Source of the DNA: a virus
IMG/VR virus record: IMGVR_UViG_3300042894_002769
Location: 15,226-79,225 of that record
Direction: 5' to 3' (one strand)
DNA: 64,000 nucleotides
Positions 56,703 to 64,000 of this stretch are shown here, one piece after another. A program made the position numbers and the translations under genes. The notes beneath the pieces are model-generated. The model saw only the letters and a program-made list of their open reading frames with translations. It had not been told where the DNA came from and ran no database searches. The first letter of the stretch is position 1; each line of letters opens with the position of its first letter.

Positions 56703-57182
56703 GTGAAAAATATGATAACTTCAGCAGTTCTTGCAATGTGCGTACACGGTGCAACAATACATGAAGGCTTTAGTCAAAAAGTTTACGTTGATGTGGACAA
56801 ATCATTGGCAATTGGGCATGGTTATAACTTGACTCACAATCCATTAAATTTGCCAAAGAGCGAGATTAAAAATTTAAAAAAGCACGGCATATCAAAAGCA
56901 GAAGCGCTTAAATTGACTGAGAGATTATGTGAGCAAACTGAAAATAAACTACATGAATTATCTTGGTTTGACTCACAGCCTGATTATGTCAAATATGTGA
57001 TAATTGATATGGCATACAATATGGGAGTCACTGGTGCAATTGGATTCGATAAGAGCATAAAATTGATAAAAAATAATAAAATGCTTTTAGCATCAAAAGA
57101 AATACTCAATTCAAGATGGGCAAGACAAACACATGGTCGAGCTAAGGAACTAGCTGAAGTCTTAAAGACAGGTAAAGTTTAA
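56703..57182 (+). CDS. T4-like lysozyme (GH24)
   Basis: HEG...VY.D....IG.G.NL...DMAYNMG...SRWARQT..RA..L...L.TG. Confidence 0.85.
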   Translation: MKNMITSAVLAMCVHGATIHEGFSQKVYVDVDKSLAIGHGYNLTHNPLNLPKSEIKNLKKHGISKAEALKLTERLCEQTENKLHELSWFDSQPDYVKYVIIDMAYNMGVTGAIGFDKSIKLIKNNKMLLASKEILNSRWARQTHGRAKELAEVLKTGKV

Positions 57183-57436
57183 TCAGAATCATCGTCGTCA
57201 TAAGTTTTGTATTTTATGGCGACGTTTATTTTTTGGGTCAAACGAATAACATCGTTATCAAGTAACCGTATATGGTCAACTAAATCAATTAAAACGTCGT
57301 TTGCTTCACTAAGCAATGGTTTAATGATAGTAGTTGCCCAAATCCACACAAAATAAATTACATATCCCATACCGCCAGTAGCAATTATTGGAAATCCAAA
57401 TTTATTTAACGCATTGGCTAATTGTTGTAAGTCCAT
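57179..57436 (-). CDS. YvrJ-like small membrane protein (holin-like)
   Basis: GFPI.A.G...IYFVW; paralogue of its neighbour. Confidence 0.65.
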   Translation of the reverse strand: MDLQQLANALNKFGFPIIATGGMGYVIYFVWIWATTIIKPLLSEANDVLIDLVDHIRLLDNDVIRLTQKINVAIKYKTYDDDDSD

Positions 57437-57711
57437 CAGTCTTTCCTAGCATCAACTTTTTTAGCTCGTGAAATCCTTTCAGTATCAGGATTTAGTTTTA
57501 AAACAGTGCTTGCAAGTACATCAATTTTTATGATGTCATTTGCCATACATGTCACACGATTATCGAGCTTTTTCATGATGTCAATTAAATCTTGAACAGA
57601 TGATTGTACGTTTTTTAAAATAAACTTTAGCGTTAGTAAGACAAAATAAATACCCACTAACGCTAGTGCAATAGGAAATCCGACTTCTGCAACAAAAGTC
57701 AGTAAGTCCAT
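57436..57711 (-). CDS. YvrJ-like small membrane protein (holin-like)
   Basis: VAEVGFPIA...LDNRV...DARKD. Confidence 0.65.
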   Translation of the reverse strand: MDLLTFVAEVGFPIALALVGIYFVLLTLKFILKNVQSSVQDLIDIMKKLDNRVTCMANDIIKIDVLASTVLKLNPDTERISRAKKVDARKD

Positions 57712-57866
57712 TATTTTTTCTTTTTTGCTTTGAACTTACCGGCTTTTTTATCAGCACTCATAAAGTCTTTTGCTACTGACATTGGTATGCCAACTTTTTT
57801 AGCAAAGGCTTTATTGTGTGCTGCGGCAAGCATTGTTTTGTGTTGTGCTGCTGATTTTGATGGCAT
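57711..57866 (-). CDS. 51-aa basic conserved phage protein
   Basis: Manual translation MPSKSAAQHKTMLAAAHNKAFAKKVGIPMSVAKDFMSADK... Confidence 0.7.
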   Translation of the reverse strand: MPSKSAAQHKTMLAAAHNKAFAKKVGIPMSVAKDFMSADKKAGKFKAKKKK

Positions 57867-57875
57867 GACAATTCC

Positions 57876-58319
57876 TTAAATCTTACTAGCATTATCGAAA
57901 AAGTCTTCAACTTCTTGTTCGGTCATATCAAAAAGTTCAACTAATGAGTCATCTGATTTAACAATAATAGCATATTCCCATACAATTTGAATTTCTTTAC
58001 TGGCTGTTTTTATTTTAGTTTCAATTTCATCTAACTTTCCTAATTTTAAAAGAGCTAATCTAATTTGACATAATGTCGCAGAAGGTTGTGGGAATAATTC
58101 ATCGATAAATTCTTGATTAATACACGTCCAAACACCATCTAAATATGTCCAACATGCACCACTGAATTTTTTAGGAAGTTCAGTTACTTCTTCAATAATC
58201 GCATTATCAATGTTCAAAAATTGGTCATGACAATCGTTTGCGATAGCTTTGTCAGCATATAAATAAACATCACCTGTATAGATGACGAGGTTGTCTTCGA
58301 GTCTTTTTAAAATTTTCAT
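57876..58319 (-). CDS. Tail fibre assembly/chaperone-like protein
   Basis: Q.RLAL..LG.LD.IE...WEYA...D.FF..A; follows the fibre genes. Confidence 0.65.
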   Translation of the reverse strand: MKILKRLEDNLVIYTGDVYLYADKAIANDCHDQFLNIDNAIIEEVTELPKKFSGACWTYLDGVWTCINQEFIDELFPQPSATLCQIRLALLKLGKLDEIETKIKTASKEIQIVWEYAIIVKSDDSLVELFDMTEQEVEDFFDNASKI

Positions 58320-58346
58320 ATTTTTCCTTTTTGTATTTTGGTTTTA

Positions 58347-59783
58347 TCAAACAATATTCATAGAACTTATCGCAATAGCGGCAACGTATGAAGTACCGCT
58401 TGAAGCGAGATAAACAGTTGCGCTTAATTTTGGACTTAAATTGCAGCAACTTAAATAATAAGATGTGCTAACATTATGTATGAGGGATATATTAGCAACT
58501 TGTAATTCTGTGCCAGAACTAATTAATCTTCCCATATATATATAATCATTAGCACCTCTAAATACAATCAATGCCGATACTGAATTTAATGGAGATATTG
58601 CTCTACGCGCACTAGCATTATTAGCTGCTTCAGTTGAAATATGACCTGTGTACACAACAAGTTGTGAACCGACACTGATTGTTGAGCCAGATAAAGTTAG
58701 TAAATTAGCAAAACTATTTCCAGTATTGTTATATCGTTTATAATATAGTATGAATTTTGTTGGTGATAATTTGCAAATATTAACAGTAGGTGCAAAATAA
58801 TTAGTATTGTCAGTAGCTACATTATATTGAATTACAGCACTAATCACATTTCCTGATATATTTAATACACTTACAGAAACAGTTGTACCAGATGTGTATC
58901 TATAACTAATAATAGCAGTTGTTGAATTAGCAACAACCATATCAACATAATCAGGGTCACTTGTCCCTATTACTGTATATACAGCACCAACAGATATAGT
59001 ATTTCCTGAAAAAGTCAAAATTCGACCATAGGTGTAACCAGATGTACCTCTATAGAGAATAATAGCTGTTGTTGAAGTTAGCAATTTTAGGATATTAGTG
59101 GCTGATACCATTGTATCAACAGCATAGTCATATGCGGTAATAGTAGTTCCACTTATATTTAAAATAGAAGCTGATGTACCAGAACCGCTATTTGCTCCCA
59201 TAATGAGCTTAGTTGAGTTAATAACTTCTACTGACGGAAAACTAGTAGCAGTTGAACCACAAATCATAGGGCTACCTACGGTTATTGCAAGTGTCGTTGT
59301 ATTTATAGTAACTATATATGCAAAAACATTAGTTCCATTATAATAAAAAACTATTGCTGACGTAGCACTAAGACCATATGTTGAATGACATCCAACAGAA
59401 CTGGTACTTGATATAGCTCCAGTTGTCAGATTGAATTTAGTAGTGGTATATGACCAAGTACCTTGAGTAGTTGATACATCAGCACACCATAATACAGATT
59501 GTGAATAAGGAGCTATTGAAAATAGATAGTTTCCCAAACTATCGAAAATATCTAAATAAATATTTGTGCTGTTATTATTTTTTATAAATATCTGTCTATT
59601 GATACCTTGTATCTGTGAAGTATCTGGTAAATAAATACCATTACCATTTGAATTAGTTACAACGATTGTATTCATCATATCTGATGATGACAGATACAAA
59701 GAAGCTGTTAAATTAGTGTAAAAAATTCCATACTTAGGTTTATTTTTTCGGCTTATCGCACCGTATGTTCCGTAGTTTGCCAT
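58347..59783 (-). CDS. Tail fibre/receptor-binding protein, repeat (propeller-like)
   Basis: ~50-aa repeats ending L.ISG.TISVG. Confidence 0.7.
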   Translation of the reverse strand: MANYGTYGAISRKNKPKYGIFYTNLTASLYLSSSDMMNTIVVTNSNGNGIYLPDTSQIQGINRQIFIKNNNSTNIYLDIFDSLGNYLFSIAPYSQSVLWCADVSTTQGTWSYTTTKFNLTTGAISSTSSVGCHSTYGLSATSAIVFYYNGTNVFAYIVTINTTTLAITVGSPMICGSTATSFPSVEVINSTKLIMGANSGSGTSASILNISGTTITAYDYAVDTMVSATNILKLLTSTTAIILYRGTSGYTYGRILTFSGNTISVGAVYTVIGTSDPDYVDMVVANSTTAIISYRYTSGTTVSVSVLNISGNVISAVIQYNVATDNTNYFAPTVNICKLSPTKFILYYKRYNNTGNSFANLLTLSGSTISVGSQLVVYTGHISTEAANNASARRAISPLNSVSALIVFRGANDYIYMGRLISSGTELQVANISLIHNVSTSYYLSCCNLSPKLSATVYLASSGTSYVAAIAISSMNIV

Positions 59784-59812
59784 ATTCGTATAACCAATCC
59801 TTAATATTTGTT

Positions 59813-61228
59813 TTAATAAACTAAATTAGCGATATCAATCACTCTTGTTTGACAATTAGATACTGATGCTAAGTATAGAGTTAACGCTTTAGTTGTTGAT
59901 AATTTACAAATGCTTAATAATGGGTCAACAAATGCGTATAGTGTAAAAGGTGCAGTAGCCGAAACACTTAACCCGTCTACCGAAATAACTCTAGTGGTTG
60001 AGTTAGTTGTACCATCACGACAAATAAGAATAGCATTACTTGAAGATAATTCGCTTAGGCAAGGATATCCAGATTGAGAATTTAGTGTTAATTGTGAACC
60101 AACAGTAATAGTTGTTCCATTTATATTTAAAGCATTTAGGCACATAGTATAATTGGTATTCCCATTAAGATACCCGACAAGTGCAACAGTTGAACTTAAT
60201 GCACATAATGTGTAATTCCAAACATTATCTGTATAGACAGTGACCATTGAACCAACTGTTATTGTCGTACCCGATATAGTTAAGACTGCCGATAACGCAA
60301 TTCTGTTATTTCCAATAAGAAATAAAATAATTGATGTGCTACTTAGCGTTGCAATTATATTACCAGCTGAAGGTTGCGCATAAATAGTAGTCCTTGTCCC
60401 AACCGATATGGTAGTACCTGATAAAGTTAAGACATTGGCGTAGCAATAGTAAGAAGTGTGTCTATAACATACAACAAATGATGTAGCACTTAATGCACAT
60501 AGCGATTCAAAAAGGATTTGATAAGTACCGTCATTGGTAGCATAATTATAATAAGTATTTACAGTAATCGTTGTGCCAGATACCGATAATACCATAGCAT
60601 AACCAGCATAGGTGTTTGCAGTTACCAATAATAGTGATGTGTCATTTATTCTTTTGGTATCGACAAAATTATTAACCCAAAAATAACCATTGAGATTTGT
60701 ATTTCCACCAACACTAATTGAACCGTTAGTAGATATAGTTAGCACATTACAATAACAAAAATAACCACTACTATTTGAAATATAAACACCAACTGCTGTT
60801 GTTGGAGTTATTGCACATATCGATATGGCATACATACCGTTAGCACTAAATGCAGTGAAAGAACCACCTGCCGAAGTTTGGGTAAACACCATGTTATTTA
60901 TTTTCCAACTACCAGATGTAGTTGATATGTTAGTACACCAAAATAATGCTTGCGCATAAGGAGCTAGTGTAACAACATAACTCCCAGAATTATCATAAAC
61001 CGTAACATTTATTCCCTGCGTGTTTTTTAAAATAACTTGTCTATTAGCTCCTTGCAATGACATAGCATTTGGCAACCATATACCGTAACCATTTGTAATT
61101 CCTATGCGAATAGTCTTCATCGTATCGGATGGTGCTAAAATTTTATTAGCACTTAAATTCGTATATAAGGGACTTGCCAACGGTTTACCAGCAACCCTTG
61201 GATTTCTAAGTAAACCGTTATTGGACAT
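59813..61228 (-). CDS. Tail fibre/receptor-binding protein, paralogue of 58347-59783
   Basis: Shared YTNL.A...L..SD.M.TI...GI.LP....QG.NRQ..KN...APY.Q..WC N-domain and repeats. Confidence 0.7.
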   Translation of the reverse strand: MSNNGLLRNPRVAGKPLASPLYTNLSANKILAPSDTMKTIRIGITNGYGIWLPNAMSLQGANRQVILKNTQGINVTVYDNSGSYVVTLAPYAQALFWCTNISTTSGSWKINNMVFTQTSAGGSFTAFSANGMYAISICAITPTTAVGVYISNSSGYFCYCNVLTISTNGSISVGGNTNLNGYFWVNNFVDTKRINDTSLLLVTANTYAGYAMVLSVSGTTITVNTYYNYATNDGTYQILFESLCALSATSFVVCYRHTSYYCYANVLTLSGTTISVGTRTTIYAQPSAGNIIATLSSTSIILFLIGNNRIALSAVLTISGTTITVGSMVTVYTDNVWNYTLCALSSTVALVGYLNGNTNYTMCLNALNINGTTITVGSQLTLNSQSGYPCLSELSSSNAILICRDGTTNSTTRVISVDGLSVSATAPFTLYAFVDPLLSICKLSTTKALTLYLASVSNCQTRVIDIANLVY

Positions 61229-61890
61229 TAGAAATCACCACCAATAGCAGTCACATTGATACCAGCACTTGTCTGAGTTGTACTAACAGTTGCGCGTAAT
61301 GAAAATCCAGCTGGCAATAATATCGGCAAGATTTCAGGATTTAAAAAGCTAGATAACTGTGTGTTGAAGGCAGGTGTTGTAGCAGAAGGTGTAATTGCTG
61401 CGAAAGTTGTTTCTTTCAATAATGAGTTTTTAATTGATGCGTCTGCTCGCGTTGTCGCATAGTAACCAATTGAATCTGCTGCAAAATTATTCACGGAAAC
61501 AATTTGGTATGTAAATGAAGTTGTTGTCACAACGGAAATAGCGACAGATTTAACATTAAATTCAATAGGCGTGCAACCTTGGACAGTAATTAAGTCACCG
61601 TTCGCCAAGCCATGTGCAGTTGCAGTTGTGACTGTTGCAGTGGTTGTAGAAGATGTGATTGATGATATAGTTTTACCGGCAATACCTTTTGTGATAAATA
61701 ATCGCAATTGACCTGCAACAGTTGTTCCAATAGCTGATAATAAAATGTTATCAATTCTTGAGCCTAATGCGCCAGCAGTAAATACAATTCCAGTATTTGC
61801 AACAGCTGGTTGTGATAATGATGAATCTGCGGTAAGGACAAGTGCATTGTCCACTTTAGGGGTTGCTGAATATTGTGCTGTAGCTGCCAT
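61228..61890 (-). CDS. Tail protein with inserted FCCH-like beta domain
   Basis: MAATAQY..TP...GSRID...RLF [ATVTT..AHGL..GD.ITV.G...FTY] LPAG.SLRA...GGDF. Confidence 0.65.
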   Translation of the reverse strand: MAATAQYSATPKVDNALVLTADSSLSQPAVANTGIVFTAGALGSRIDNILLSAIGTTVAGQLRLFITKGIAGKTISSITSSTTTATVTTATAHGLANGDLITVQGCTPIEFNVKSVAISVVTTTSFTYQIVSVNNFAADSIGYYATTRADASIKNSLLKETTFAAITPSATTPAFNTQLSSFLNPEILPILLPAGFSLRATVSTTQTSAGINVTAIGGDF

Positions 61891-62552
61891 TAGATTATTC
61901 CTGCGTTAATTAATATAAAATCGGGCGTAGATTTTGGTGGGTCTTGCCAAGTTGCTGTTGTTGGTGATGTTGCTATAAGTATCTGCTTTTCTACTGGGGG
62001 TGTTGCTGCATTTATTATCACAGGTGAACCAGTAGTAGCAAGGGATGTTGCAACACCACCTCCAGCAGCACCTACTGAAATTACCCATGATGTAAAAGTA
62101 CCTGTACCAATAACGCTATTGACGTTCACAGTCATAGCACCAGTTGTTGAGTTATACGCAGTTATCACGCCAGACATCACTGTGGCAACAGTTGAATTAG
62201 CCACGTTAACTGTTTGACCAAGTGAGTATGCCTTTCCAGTTTCATTCAATGTGAATGATTTACTCCCTATGCCTGAAACAATAGATGAGCTTGACGTAGC
62301 ATTAGTATAAGGCGATTGCGCCACTGTTGCTGCCTTAGCATCAATTGTCGTGTAAGCAGTGCTTATTTTTGAATCAAGTAAGCTAATTTGTTGCTCACAA
62401 TACAAAGCAATTAAAACGCTATCGGCAAACATTGGTACAAGATTTACCGTGTGCATACCACCGGCTAATCCTGTTGACTGATTGTCGTCATTTGTATAGG
62501 TATGGTCGGTTGTTCCAGTTATCCGAGCTGGTATGGTGACTGAATCTACCAT
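61890..62552 (-). CDS. Tail fibre proximal protein
   Basis: GL.GG.H..N.VP.F; TS.SS...G.GSK.F...M.G.ITAY..TTG.MTV.V. Confidence 0.7.
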   Translation of the reverse strand: MVDSVTIPARITGTTDHTYTNDDNQSTGLAGGMHTVNLVPMFADSVLIALYCEQQISLLDSKISTAYTTIDAKAATVAQSPYTNATSSSSIVSGIGSKSFTLNETGKAYSLGQTVNVANSTVATVMSGVITAYNSTTGAMTVNVNSVIGTGTFTSWVISVGAAGGGVATSLATTGSPVIINAATPPVEKQILIATSPTTATWQDPPKSTPDFILINAGII

Positions 62553-63751
62553 TAGAGCATTTCCTCTATGTTAATTGTTGCGCCATATAAACCATAATTA
62601 GGCATTGTTATTGGATTTAATTGTGAGAATCTACCAATAAACGATTGTGCATATTGAAACGCATCGATTCTCACAGGTGAAAAACTATAAATAACTGGTC
62701 GAGAAATACCTTGTTGCCGATAGGCTTCGTACACACTTCCAAAGGCTTCTTGTTTATCCATGAAATCTAATACAATGCTCACAGTTCGAGCTTTTGCTTT
62801 TTCATGAAAATACTTTTGTCCACTATCAGATTGCTGTACTTCCGATATATCAATATAGCCTTGCTCAATAGCACCATACTGAGGATTGATTGTGGTTTGA
62901 AAATACTGACCGAACATGAAGTAGCCAATTTCAATAAATCCGTCACCGTTACTAGAGTCATCAATATCAATATGGATATGCGTCCCAATTGGTTGTAAAT
63001 TCTCATTGGTTTTACTAGTAAGAAAATTTAAGCATAGTTTTGTATAACTTACACGTTGTTCTTCTTCAATAGCACCTGTCCAAAAATTAGATGATTCCCA
63101 AACAAGAGCAGGTGAATCGACTTCATATAGACGTTGCCAAACATTCACCCACTTGGGAGTATTGACGAGCATGGGTTCAACCGATGTGCTTACTGCCACA
63201 TACCATAATGAATAACTAGTGCCAGCAGTACCATTGCTATCTGAAATGGTCATTGTGATTAAACCAGTTCCCAAGTTATGCGCAGTGACTGTGCCAGTTA
63301 TGTAATTACCATTTGTAGCAACACCTGTATCGTTTGAGCAACCAAAGATGCGTAATTTTGTTGGTGGTGATGTCATCAATGTTGTGGTCAACGTGCTGAC
63401 CGTAAACGATATACTTCCTGATGACACGATTGTCACAGGTGTCTTGCTGTAGCCAATAGCAGGCTCGTTAAATACAGAATGTTTTATTCTAGCGGCAGTT
63501 GTCAGATTGTGATTGAGTAGCGCAACTGCACCGATAGTACGATAAGGTATTTTTGATAAACTTAACCCAAACGATGCAACAAGGTCAGAAGTTCTAGCTG
63601 TTTCAGGTAGACAATCCGTCAGCATGTTCGTTAATGGTAAGTTTGAATTTTCCGTCCAATCGGCTGCGTGTAATCCAATAATAGCTCCAGTGGAACTATT
63701 ACGAGCGACTTCGATTGCTCTATTTGGATAAACTAACGCAATATTGCTCAT
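62552..63751 (-). CDS. Tail tip/distal-tail-like protein
   Basis: VAL.NHNL...IDI.D..N.DG.IEIG...G......EE terminus. Confidence 0.65.
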   Translation of the reverse strand: MSNIALVYPNRAIEVARNSSTGAIIGLHAADWTENSNLPLTNMLTDCLPETARTSDLVASFGLSLSKIPYRTIGAVALLNHNLTTAARIKHSVFNEPAIGYSKTPVTIVSSGSISFTVSTLTTTLMTSPPTKLRIFGCSNDTGVATNGNYITGTVTAHNLGTGLITMTISDSNGTAGTSYSLWYVAVSTSVEPMLVNTPKWVNVWQRLYEVDSPALVWESSNFWTGAIEEEQRVSYTKLCLNFLTSKTNENLQPIGTHIHIDIDDSSNGDGFIEIGYFMFGQYFQTTINPQYGAIEQGYIDISEVQQSDSGQKYFHEKAKARTVSIVLDFMDKQEAFGSVYEAYRQQGISRPVIYSFSPVRIDAFQYAQSFIGRFSQLNPITMPNYGLYGATINIEEML

Positions 63752-64000
63752 ACTTTATAACCCATTAATCGCATTTTCATTGATTTCAATTGAACATTAA
63801 TCTCACTACTGACAAGAATAAAGCTAACACCATTTTCATAACCAAGTCGCGGATAATATAATTTTACTGTCATACCTAGTGTTACACGCGGTAACTCATT
63901 AAAAACATATTCAATATCTATAATATCACATCGTTTTTTAAAAAACGATAATAATCTGTCAGTTACAGATTGCATTGCTGTCTGCGATATTAACAAACTC
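63748..64000 (-). CDS. Tail tip protein, C-terminal part (5' end beyond window)
   Basis: LG.TV.L.YPRLG..G motif; frame open to the window edge. Confidence 0.6.
   Translation of the reverse strand, partial: SLLISQTAMQSVTDRLLSFFKKRCDIIDIEYVFNELPRVTLGMTVKLYYPRLGYENGVSFILVSSEINVQLKSMKMRLMGYKV

Noticed and set aside
58347-61228. Diversity-generating retroelement
   Set aside because: No reverse transcriptase and no near-identical TR/VR pair seen in the window
1-64000. Stop-codon reassignment or prophage state
   Set aside because: Conserved genes are intact in the standard code with all three stops used; no suppressor tRNA, integrase, repressor or host genes recognised

Overview
64-kb segment of a tailed dsDNA bacteriophage with a siphovirus-type head/tail gene set and AT-rich DNA. 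No integrase or repressor was recognised, so it is probably lytic. 1-17.5 kb (minus strand) is the late region: tail tube, head-tail joining genes, a head-fibre-like accessory block, capsid, scaffold, DUF4055 portal, TerL, a Tad2/DUF2829 gene, PhoH, one tRNA(CAT) and several tRNA-like or structured RNAs. 19.4-26 kb (minus) holds early-type genes, split by a tandem/palindromic repeat block at 22.8-23.1 kb, plus a DnaN-like clamp. 26.1-26.8 kb is an origin-like AT-rich region with IHF-consensus sites. 26.9-57.2 kb (plus) covers replication, recombination, nucleotide metabolism and lysis: NrS-1-like primase-helicase, TerS, UvrD with an intein, Sak4, SSB, HU/IHF, Cas4-like nuclease, two PAPS-reductase-family proteins, SF2 helicase, DUF5664, ThyX, NrdJb, methylase, VRR-NUC, dUTPase, three lysozyme-fold genes, a second clamp and a family-B DNA polymerase. 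57.2-64 kb (minus) encodes tail tip and fibre proteins. The most unusual signals are non-coding: (i) a 63-nt CCA-ended tRNA lacking its anticodon arm, beside other tRNA mimics; (ii) promoter/terminator-delimited sRNA candidates complementary to the phage's own ribosome-binding sites; (iii) a polarised 9-mer (AAGGCTAAC) written at least 12 times, mostly inside coding sequence, next to a 16-bp-period palindrome array. Family assignments are from motif recognition by eye; no searches were run.
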